A DNA stretch of 64,000 nucleotides, taken from NCBI GenBank assembly GCA_030141605.1, contig JAQGDQ010000165.1:62001-126000 (forward strand), in the 5' to 3' direction. This DNA comes from Tubiluchus corallicola (lineage: Eukaryota > Animalia > Priapulida). Below the pieces are notes generated by a model. It ran no database searches, was not told the origin of the DNA, and saw only the letters and a program-made list of their open reading frames with translations. Made by a program: the position numbers and the translations under genes. How positions within the stretch are numbered: position 1 is the stretch's first letter; every line of letters starts with the position of its first letter. Shown here one piece after another: positions 25,701-37,700 of the stretch.

Positions 25701-28700
25701 TTTTACACTGATTGAAAGAAAAAGTCTGATAGCATAGTGATTGCTAATAAGTGAAAAGTACAGAAATTGCTGTACTACACACATCTAACAGGTTACTATC
25801 CCATTCTGCCCAATAACTGTAACTGCTAGTCTGATCAAACTGTGAAATCATTCCAAATTAAAAGAACACATAGAATGCTAGCGATTTGTTCACATAGTAA
25901 CATACCCCAAATATATTGCATACTAATTATGATGAAATAGACTTATATTTCCCAGGCCAAATACCAGAGCTTGCATTTCAATCTCTGATAATGTTTTAGA
26001 AGTGGACATTAGTTTGTTACGTAGGTGAAACACAAGTCTGCGTACAACACTGTTCAACGCAGGCTGCTGTTATATTCTGTGAATACACTTCCAGGTGCAA
26101 CAAAAATTACCTTGGTGTGCTAATAATAGCCTGAGCTAATGAGCGGCAGGGCAGATCAATGTTGCTGCTACCGTGAGTTGCTGTACAGGTGCAACTCAAA
26201 ATTTTTATCCATTAGTTTGCAAAAAACTTGTTCAAATACTGAAAATGAAGAAAGCAACAGAATTTTTTTGTTATTATATGATTTAGTTTTACGTTACCTG
26301 TTTCTTTTTTCCAAATTTCATTGAAATTGGAGGTTTGAAAGTTTAGTTAATAAGGCCTTATTTTTACCCATCACAGATGGCGGGTAAACGTATATGTACC
26401 CATCGGCAAGGAGTTAGGGAATGGATGATTATTAAAACTGCAGCATTTGTTACTGTCTTCGAATGACTGTCTTCACGATCTATTCTAACATCAGGTAATG
26501 ATATACCTGCATCCACGACTACTGTAATGATACATATGGCAGCTGTGACGCATGTTCACAACTTGAACGTGGATGTTACACGTTTTTCATTTGCAAAGCT
26601 GTCGATTTTGCATGACATTGATTCAGCTTATTGAAAAATGATGGTCTATTGAAACTACAAAGAAGCTTTGGTAACACAAGCAGCCGCTTCGCTACCAAAT
26701 GAATTGATTGCAAAACGATTGTTCAAAAACTGCAAGACAAAATTAAGTTTAATAAATTTAAATCTGCCTCCTAGAAGTACTAAACACATGATTTGAAAGG
26801 AATCAATGGATAACATATGTACCGCTATATCTGTGCCATTTTTTCACATACAAATGGATGGTTTGAATCTATAAAGTGATCGCCATATGTTGTAGATGAC
26901 ATGACAAAGAGGTAATTTTCCCCAGACCTTGCTTGTGGTTCATCATCATGCCACGGCAGAGGTGCAAACGCATTTACAGCTATACCAGTAGCTGCCCAGA
27001 TCCATTCTTGATTTCCTTCAGGATCTGTCCCACTTGTGAGGAAGTCCACAGGCAGGTGGGAATGAATGTACGCCAGTTCCGAAGGTGACTCGAAACTGAC
27101 AAGGTCTCCACCCTTGTCGATGCACACCTGACGTGTGTTATCCCAAGTGCCTGCTCCCGTTGAACTGAGATAGTAACAAGATCCACGAAATTCCAGGAAA
27201 TCTGTTCCGCACTTTCCAGAATTACCTGCAACATAATGCAGGCATATAATCATCAAGACTTTTCTCAATTTCCTACTTTAACCATCTACAATAACCAGAT
27301 AATCTGAAGGACATGTTACACCTTCTATTCTACTGACGAGCTTGTTGTCTGCTTCATAGATGTTTCACACTGTTCTGACTGTTTTGCACTGGTTAAATAT
27401 TGCACTCTGTTAATTTTAATTTGTTAAATTTATTAACGAACTTCTCTAATTTTGTATTGTTGCTGCAGAGTTCTGTAATTCCAATAATTATCCGACCAAA
27501 ATTGATTGTCTTTGTCCATTTTGAATCGTTCTCTGTTAGAAGTGTACCACTTGTTCCCCTTTTCCATACGATTTCACTGAAATCCTGAATTTTTTAATGA
27601 CCCTAAGTTCAGAGGCATATGTAGGTGTTTGCCTTCTTAAAGTGCGTACTTATTAAAGTTCGTGATTTTCCTTTATACGACAATCCATCTTCACAAAATC
27701 TAGATGGAGACACAAGTTGCTTTTTCACCTATTTTCACTAAAATATCTTGATTGTGTTGTATTGTCTGGTGCAGATACAGACATGGATAAAACTTAATTA
27801 CTTTGGCAGAGATGATGAGCCCACTTAACCTGGCATTCATTTTGTAAAGAAAAAAAAGCATTAAAACATGCAAAGATTATGAAAAATATAGAACATTACA
27901 TAATTTCACAATCATACAATCGGCACTTAGAGAAATGCCACTGCTTCTCCCAATCGATCTGCTAAGCCACACGACACCCTACACACGCCATTAAGTAACA
28001 ACATTAGCCTTTTTTCTTGTCTGTGTGTTGTAATTAAGTCAGCTATGATGATCCCCGACTAGGCAATTTTTTGTTTCAGGTTGAAAACTTTTGTTAATTG
28101 TTTCGTTAATGTCGCATTGATAATTAATAATTAAGAAGAATTTTGTGCTCTCTCACCCTTGCGCTCTAGGGCGATTGTCCCCTGCACCTCCACCTTGCTG
28201 CCCCCTTGTTGTTGATTTAAGTTTTCATTCTAATTTGCATTAAAATGACATGATACATCATACCAGAGTGTTGTAATGCTTGGTTTTGTTGAATATTATG
28301 TGTTCGTATCTCTGTGATACCAAATGTAAGATTGTGTTCAACTGGTATTGTTAGTGTTACATGTGCAAATCAAAGGCTTTTTCTTGAAGAACTAGTTTCA
28401 AGAGTTAATTAAAATTGCAGTGAAAATGTCCTTACCTCTTTCATAAAACTCAAAAGTAGGCATTGCAGTTTGGACAGAATCATTTGCAGCGTAAGCACTC
28501 AGGTCGCATTGGAACTGACCACCGCTGGGACCTGTATTGAAACCAATACATCCTGGCCGAGCATCACAGTGATGTGCACAAGCAAGCTGACTGACGAGGT
28601 ACCTCGTTTCTATAATACCTTCTGTCACCGCTTTGCCTGTCAGCTTTCTGCGGTAATAAGAACAGCTTGTTACACTTAACCAAGCAAAGCAATTGATCAT

Positions 28701-31700
28701 AGAAAGAACAACAACGTTTTCGTTTTTTGTCCAGCGCATTATATGAAAGAGATCAAGTTCCCAGAAGTACGAAAGACTCGAAGAGTTTTCTACTGGCCGA
28801 GTTGCACAATGGGAGCAGTTTTGCCGCGTGACAAAGCACTCACAGATGCTGACTATCAATACGACATGCTTAAGAACACTTATCTACACCTCTGCTCATG
28901 AAAGGCAACCATGGAGATGATGACGCTCTTTGTAAATTTTGTATAAGGCAACAAAAGACTCCATTATCCAACACTAAGGCTTTGTACAGACGTCACTAGA
29001 TAAGCAGACAATAAGACAACAAACGTCTGCAATACTTCATGCTTTATTGATCGATTGATTGACTGATGTCTGCACAGACAGAACTGATTATTAGCTGCTT
29101 CTTTCCATGTTAGTTGCTTTCCCTCATTAATGATAGACTAGTAAGAGTTCCTGTTTTCCATTCAATGCTAGACGTTGCTTCCTTTTCATGTACCTTCCTG
29201 ACTGTCTTTGTGTCTTTTTGTCCTTTTTGACACAAGATGGTATTTTATTACATTTTTGACACAATGTGTGTATTATTTACGTTACTTTGTTGTGTTTCGA
29301 ATGTTATCAACAGTTTTTCCAAATTATCACAAATCATTGGTTTGGTTTTCAAATTTTTTTTATAATGCCCACCTCTCTGAAACACGTAAGTCGAAGAATC
29401 TTTAATGGATTTATTTGTCAACATTAAATGGCTGTACAAGCAAAACAAAATTGAGTAAGAGGAGAAAGGAATGGGGCTCAAGATGCTTGATTAATAGACG
29501 TGATTAATCACATGTTAGTCACTTAGACAGTTCAAAAAATTCATGTGTGGGTTTTTGCTGTGCTTAGTAAATGGCAACTCAAAGGTCACTGCTTTCTTCG
29601 GTAACTTTTAAGTTTAATTTCCTGTGAGTAAGTTTGTGAGCCTGTGAGTTAGGTACACCTAAATTTGTGAGTCTATGAGTAAGGTACGTCTAAGTCTGTG
29701 AGTCTGTGAGTTAGATACACCTAAGTTTGGGAGTAAGGTACATCTAAGTTTGCGAGTCTGTTAGTAAGTTATGCCTAAATTTGCAAGTCTGTGGGTTAGG
29801 TACACCTATGTTTGTGAGTCTGTGAGTTTTGTATGCCTAAGTTTGTGAGTCTGCAAGTAAGGTACACCTTAATCTGTGAGTTAGGTACACCTAAGTTTGT
29901 GAGTCCGTGAGTTAGGTACACCTAAGTTTGTGGGTCCGTGAGTTAGGTACACCTAAGTTTGTGGGTCCTTGAGTTAAGTACACCTATGTTTGAGAGACTG
30001 TGAGTTGCTACACCGAAGTTTGTGTGTGTACGAGTAAGGTACACATAAGTTTGTGAGTTTGTGAGTTAGTTACACTAGTTAGTACACCTAATTTTATGAG
30101 TTTATGAGTAAGGCACACCTAAGTTTGTGAGTTAGATATACCTAAGTTTGCAAGTCTGTGAGCTAGGACCACCTAAGTTTGTGAGTTTCTGCTTGCTTCA
30201 AATAAGAGAGATTCATCGGCAGTTACAATTTGAGGTGTTTAAGCTTCAACGATACTAACATTGACGAAGTGTCTCCCTATACTAATACATTATTATGTAA
30301 ACTAACAACATAAATTGTTTTCAGCTTAGATAGCCTGATGTAAATTTGCTATTTCCACTATATAACCTTCTCACATTACCATTGCAGCTACTGTGAATCC
30401 TGTATGAGGACGATATTGTTAAATTGCAAACTATTTCTTGATTCATGTTTTATTTCGCTTGTTGTTTTTTGCAGTTAATCTTAGCATGGGGTGTCCATAC
30501 ATCAATAAAGAGACCAGACCCAGGCCACCCGTAAGTAAATTTCGTTGAAAGTACAAGTTTGCCAAACTCTTTTGAATATGCTCATAAAAATTCAGGTAGA
30601 GATTATTTATATATCATCTTCACGTCGTCAGTCTGTAGAGTATCTTATGAGAAGCACTGTATGTGGTTACAATTTAAGCAAACGTGCTGATGTTAAAATG
30701 CATATGCTTAATGGTTAGTTATTTGTTTAGATAACTTATAAATAACAAATATATTATTAATAATAAATTAATAATTTATACGTATTAATTAATAATAGAT
30801 AAATAATTTACTGAAGAAAGGGTTAAAGTTTACAATTCCCTCACACAAGAAAATTATTTTGTGAAGTGGATTAGGATAAGGGTTAGGGTTAGTATTAGTG
30901 TTAGGGATAAGTTAGGGTTAGAGTTGGGTTAGGATTAGGATTGTGATACGGTTAGGGCTAGTGTTAGGAGTAGGGTTAGGATGAGAGTAGGGGTTTGAAT
31001 TAGAGTTAAGTGTGTGGTTAGGTTTAGGGTTGTGTTAGCGGTATGGCTAGGGTTAGGGTTAGGATTAGGGTATTTAAATTGTGTGGGGAATTGTAAACTC
31101 TTTCCGATGAAAGTTCTGTTTTAATTTGTTGGGTTGTACATTATCAAATATACAAATGTTAGTGTTATAGAGCAAATCACTCATGTTATTAAAAATGAAT
31201 TACTTTACCCGAGTTAGTGAATAAGCCTATTAAATATTATTAAAGAAATTATTGCAGCTGTCTCGGAATTGCTTAGATTTTAAATTTTCACAGTTCCAGC
31301 GATTGATGATGATAGTGAAAAAGTCAAAGGTTAAGTTTAGCAGACAGCGCATTTGTGTACACATGATAACGCCTCACATCGCCTGCTGCAGTAGTAACAG
31401 TTTTAAAAGCTACCTTACCTAGTTCATTTTTTCTTTTTCCCAAGCAAGATCCTGCTAGTAAAGTACTCCAAGCATAGACTAATATATAATTAAGTAAAGT
31501 CCACATAAAACAACTGACATTACTGAACTAATGTGGCAGACGGCTTTGCTATACCCACATGTTACCTGACGGTTGTAGTTAAGATGCATTGCTGTGGTAT
31601 ACTTAACCTTTGACCTACAGCAACTGTGCGTGCACACAACGAAACTGTGAAAAAGCTTATTAGTACTGTGTTATTATTTTAATTGTGAAATGAACTTTCT

Positions 31701-34700
31701 ATTTTTTTAGCTACGGTTATTCTAATATGCGCTATGTCTCTTCATTAATAAGCGGAGTTGGTATCTTCTGTTTTGGAACCGGACTGTCAGTATACCATGG
31801 AATCAAAGGCTTGATTAGTCCCACTGAGATAGAGTCAATGTACTGGGCTTTCTTCATACTTGGAGGTGCCGCAGTTTCCGAAGGAGGTGCGTGTTATGAA
31901 AACTGTGGTTGTTTTTCACCCATTGTTTATTTTATAGTAGTGATGATGTTGTTATAAAAAGTTATTTAGGTTTCAACTCAGTCTGCATAAGGGAGTAAAC
32001 ATTTTTGCAATCTTTATATGCATTTTTGTTACACTGGTAAAAAAGAGAAAAGATAAACGAAATTAAGATAAGAAGTTTAAACTTTTGGCAGACATTTTTT
32101 TTGTTGACAGGTTTTCGCTTGACAAAGATGATTTGTTTTTAAGGTTTAGTAAGTTTTAGACATTGTGTAAATGTTTGGATCACATACATACTATCATATC
32201 TGTAACAGTAAAATAGTTTCAAGGTAAATTAGTAAGTGAGTGAAGGGTGTCTTGCAGAATACTTTACTCAGCATTTGCAGTTTGTTTTGCTGACCATAAT
32301 GTCTTAAGTTCAATTCAATGGTGGTAATAGCTAAAATTAGTGGGGCTGCTGCTTCAGAAAATTTTTAGCCATTGTTTTAATACTATACAAAACGAAACAG
32401 ACACATGTAATTTTAATGTTGTAATTGTAACTGTAGTTTTAAACAAACAAACACACAAAAATTTATACATAAACAAGATAAAATCCTAAACAAAAAAAAT
32501 ATTGTTTGCTTACGAATAGCCTAAATTGACGCAATTCAAGAATATGCCGGTATAAGGTTTTTAAGCATGTGAGCAACACTGTGTGAGCGACAGTACTTTC
32601 TCTAGTTAGAGTGCAGTTTCTTATCTCAGATATGTGCCCACGGCTGCATGCGTACAACAGCCAACCACCGCATTGTTGAAACTATGAAGTGCGCAGTTCC
32701 GTCACGTGCTCTGGTTCTGTACAAAGATTTACAAGTATAGCGAAAGAATTAAAGAAGAAAGACTCATATTGAATATTATCGATAATATCGATGTGAAAAG
32801 TGTGCTCAGTTACGGTTAAGACAAACTTGCACAGACAGATTAAAAATATTTGCAGTTCCATCACTTGCCGTGGTTTCGTGCAAGTATAAAGAAAGATTTA
32901 AAGAAAAAAAGACCAATTATATTAAATATCATCGATAATATCGAGTGAAAATAGGGGGTGCTGGAGTTCCACAGTACCTGTACATGAGCCGCTACTGGTT
33001 CAATGTGCAGTAAAGGTGCCTTCAAATAGGTATTTTGATTAACCTTGTAGCTTTATAAGGAAAGATACCTGCAGTGGAGGAGAAAGATATTAGTAGGAAG
33101 TTTGACCTATAGTACTGTTCTTGGACTAGAAAATTGATCCTGTCAAAAAGTAAGTATTAAATTGAATTAGTAAAAGTCACTATTGTAAACTGTTGTAAAG
33201 TATCCAGATATCTCAACAAGATTATATTTATATGGTAATTTAAAATACATATTGTAAACTACAAAAGTTTGTCTACATAGTCTGGCGAGTATATATAGAT
33301 TAAAAGAGAATGTTTAACTCTAATTGGCAAGAATAACAAGTCTTTAATTAATTAGCTACATACTCACTGGTATAGGGAGGTAGTATTTGCTGTACATGCC
33401 AAGAGATGGTCTCTACCAGGTTTTGATTTACAAAGCTTACATATACAGGTTTGCATTTGATTAAAAAACTAGGTGGAGCAAAACTATTAGCCAATTTACA
33501 GGCGCGGCTATCATGGTCTGCAGCCCCATCTTGTCAGCCAAACTTGACAAACTTATTTTTAATGCTAAAATATTCGATTGTTCATTTATATAAATTCATT
33601 TTGTAAAATACATTCGTAGTTCATTAGAAGAAGCAGAATCAGAACCTTAATTATCACCATGTTATCACCTATAGTTGCAGTTACTGACAACATGATTATT
33701 TATTTGTTGTTTAGGAACGTTACTAGTGGCATTTGAGGAGATTAAACGCAAGGCTAATTTAACTGGTGTCTCTTTTATGACTTATGGTATGTTTAGTTAT
33801 TTACTCATCTTCTGTTTGCATCAGGTTTTCAACTTTTTCAATTTTGCTTAATTTATACTTTTATCAAATTGACAGTTTCATAGCTTTTGTATAGGCCTGA
33901 TGTGACAAAGTGACACAATTTCAAAAGTTACTGCAAAATTTAAGGTGAAAATTATATTCCTGGGTTAGTTTAGCTAGTTAAGAGTACATCTATGGAAAAG
34001 AATTTTCTTAAGTTAATTTGAAAATCACTTATCAGAAAACAATATCATGAAACAACTGAAAGTGATACCATTATGGAATTTTTGCCAGGGTTACAGAGCT
34101 AATATTGCACTTTTTTATAAACTTTTATTGATAGTTTGGGCAATTGAGAATTTCAGAAATCTTTACCAAAACTTTAATTTGATAATTTTCTTCAAACCAA
34201 CATAGAAAATTGCAGTTTTGTAGAACCAATCTGGTATCTGTTTAAAGGTTTTTACGAAACAGAAATTGAGAATTTTTGTGAAACCGAATCAAATTTTTAG
34301 CAAAGAAAAAGAAAAACAAAAATTAATAGATCATTTTTAACCATCTTTTGAAATGAGAAGTGCATGGCTGTCACATCTTTTGTGACCTACACTGAATCTT
34401 CTATATTTGTCATTGATTTTTTTTTCAGTTTGGCGAGGAGAAGACCCCAATGTGAATGTCGTCCTGCTAGAAGATTTTGCCGCTGTCATTGGTGTTGGGA
34501 TTGCTGCCATGTGCATGGGAATCACTGCCTACACCGGTAACCCCACTGCAGATGCTGTAGGCTCTCTGATGATTGGAGGGTTGCTAGGTGCTGTGGCCTC
34601 ATTCATCATTTATACTAATGTAACAGCTCTGGTTGGAAGGTAAGCATTTTTTTCAGAGAAATTCATATTAATCTGCCATTCAGTTTGTTGAAATAGTTCT

Positions 34701-37700
34701 AATTAGTATTTTCTTTGATATGTCAATGATGATAATTTTTCTAGCCATTAAAATGCATTAGTGAATGATTTCTCCTGGTAGGTCAATATTTGTGAATGGA
34801 ATTTTGTGTGACTATTGCTAGAAAGCTACGTCTTTTGCCATTAACTGCTTCACAGGTTGCTTTGGCTTATTTCCTGGCAGTTTTATCCTGTGCCTTCTCT
34901 GTGTATTTGTACTGATGTGGTTAAGACGCATTGCTGTGATACACTTAACATTTGACTTACAGTAACTGCGCGTGTGCACAACGCAAGTGTGAAAAGGTTT
35001 ATTCCGTTGTGATCTGTTTTACAATAAGTGGAGTCTTCATCTTCTTACCCATGAAGAACAACGATATGAGCAGATGTGTCACATTCCCATCATTCCCAAA
35101 TTTTGTTCATCTGACATCAAGTGTTTTTTTTTTTGTTTAGGTCGATACCACCTGGAAGGCAGGACAGCATCTGCAAAGAGCTGGAAAATGATGTTGTGAT
35201 AAGGTATCTATTTCAAATTTATATCGTGTGTTTCAAAAGTTGTGTTACACTTTGCATGGATGTAGCGGATGGTCTGTTAGTTTGCTAAATCCTGCAGGTT
35301 CTTATTTGGCAACATATTTTACATTTAAAATTTAAGCATTGTCCTTATTTACTACAACTACTAAGTGCAGTTCTTGTCTGATTTTCCCTCCTGTATACTA
35401 TTGCTTTAGTCTGACAGTTTGTAACACTCAGATGTTTTAATTTGTTTGTGTATCAATTAGCTTGGCTATTATTTGTGAAATTAATGTACTTGAACAAGAT
35501 GGGCTATCGTCAAAGTACAGCTACAATTTTCCTTATTTGGGCAAAGAAACAAAAACGTTTGCATTCATGTATTTATGACATTTGTAAAAAACTTACCCTT
35601 TTCACTGTGTATGTTTCCATTTTATTATTGTAACACTTATCTTGTTAAATACTCACAGAGCCGATGCTAGGAAGTGCGTGTCTTAATAAGAAAATTATTA
35701 GTGGGGCCCTCTACCCTCAGAAGCTGAAGATTGATATTTTATGCTTCAAGCAATATGCCATTCTCAGCCAAAAAATGTTGAGAGCTTGAGGCTCCACCAT
35801 TAGCCACAATGATGTACTAAAAATTGAAAGCCCACTTATATGAAAGTTTTAATGTTTTATTACAAGCAAAAATTTTTACTACACGCTGTTTATGCATAGG
35901 CCTTCTAAAATGGACTTTTCTGGCGTTTTATCGGAGAAATCTTTCAAGAGTATTTCAATGTCAATGGTTTTCGTGATGCCATTTTGTATAACTATCATCG
36001 CCAAATTATTTAGTCCATCCTGTGAAATTGTTGGCAGGAGGAATGCTTTAATCTGTGTTGGGGGTTTGAATATCGTCCTCAATTTAGCAAGATTAAAATT
36101 CATTGATGATTTAACTAATTCTGTGTTTTTTTTTAAAAAAGGGTAAATAGGGACGATAAACTGAATTTACAAAACAAATAAACAAACGACGAACAAAAAA
36201 CATTGAAACATAAAGATATAAGAGGACAGATTGAATGAATAGTTTCACTGCCTTCACAGTACCAAGAAACTTCATGATCCTTTGCGGGGTCCCGTCTTGA
36301 CGCGGGCCCAATTTGAACAAATCTGTCTAATAAGCCTTTTCACAGTCTCATTGTGCACTTGCACAGTTGCTGCAGGTCAATGGTTAAGTGTACCACAACA
36401 ACACGTCTTAACTACAACCGTCACATGACATTGTTGTAAAGTAAACCTGTCTGTCGCATCAGTTCAGTAACTTCAGTTGTTTTACATGCACTTTACTTAA
36501 TTATGCATTATTCTGTGCGTAGAGTGATTTACTACCAGGATCTTGCTTGGGTACGAGAAAAAATGAACTAGGTAAGGTTCTGGCTAGCTGTTAACACCGT
36601 TACTGTTACAATACCATGGGCTGCGAAGCATTGTCAAGTGTACACAAATGCGCTATCTGGTACACTTAACCTTTGACCTTATGATCATCATCAATCGTTG
36701 GAACTGTGAAAAGGCATATTGGCTTAAAACCGGCCCTGCTACCATGTTATTTGTATATGTGAATCATTCTAGAATCTGTAAGGATTGTGTTTCGCATAAC
36801 AAACATCTATTGCTTCTTATTCGTGTCTATAGGGCTATTCATGATGTGAAAGCAACTGATCTTGGAGGCTCGATGGTTAGGTTTAAAGCTGAAGTGGACT
36901 TCGATGGCAGAGCTATAACTCAGTCGTATCTTGACTTGATTGATTTAGAGACTGTTTTGAAGGTATGAATGTAGAGTCTGAGTTATTGTTTGCTGACCCG
37001 TTCATAAAGATCCAATCTTAGGTTGACGAGGTGGAAACAACAACTTCCTGTACAGTGTACACTCATATCTCGGTTTGCTGGACCTCGCTTTTACGGATAT
37101 TGGAAAAATCGGACAATATTTGGACCGTATAAAGTCCCGTATGCTACGGACACAGTTCGTTGTTTCGCAAGCGGACCACTAGTTGGTGGGCCGTCACTTT
37201 GTTTACATCATTATATCAGTGTAATCGAGCAGTGTGTAACGTCACTTGTGGAGTGTGTATGTCAGGAGCGGACCCTACTAGACGGTTTTTGAGACAATTA
37301 GGCAATTATATTATTGTCATCACAGCGCACAAGCTTGATTTGAAAAGCGAAGCTTGGATTTAATAAACGACAGATTTTACTAGGTTAAAGCGTTGTAGAG
37401 CTCTGTTCTAGCAATAGTGGCCATAGTGTAACTGATTTATTATTCGTGGGTTTATTAAGCGATTTGATTGTATTTGTTGAAATCAAAGCTACAGATGAAC
37501 CATTTATTTTCTAGATCTAGCTTATTAAACTGCTCTATGTGCATCTAAGACAAATGCATTGTACAATTGAATGATAACCTTGGGCTTAGCTTTAGTGAAA
37601 CCTCTAAACTTTGTGGAATACCTTTCTTTTTCGCATGAGCGTTTTCCAGATGCTGCCGTATCACCATGGTTGCTTTATCTAGCTTACATAAATTAATTGG

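Noticed and set aside
27226-27268. MRKVLMIICLHYVAG as the signal peptide of a single-exon lectin
   Set aside because: That ORF starts at TTG, and a phase-matched acceptor at 27226 links to the upstream PAN exon. The ATG at 27253 leaves too short a leader, though it cannot be fully excluded.
29623-30186. CRISPR-like array of palindromic repeats of about 30 bp
   Set aside because: Units are contiguous with no unique spacers, no cas genes are present, and the context is a eukaryotic intron; it is a minisatellite.
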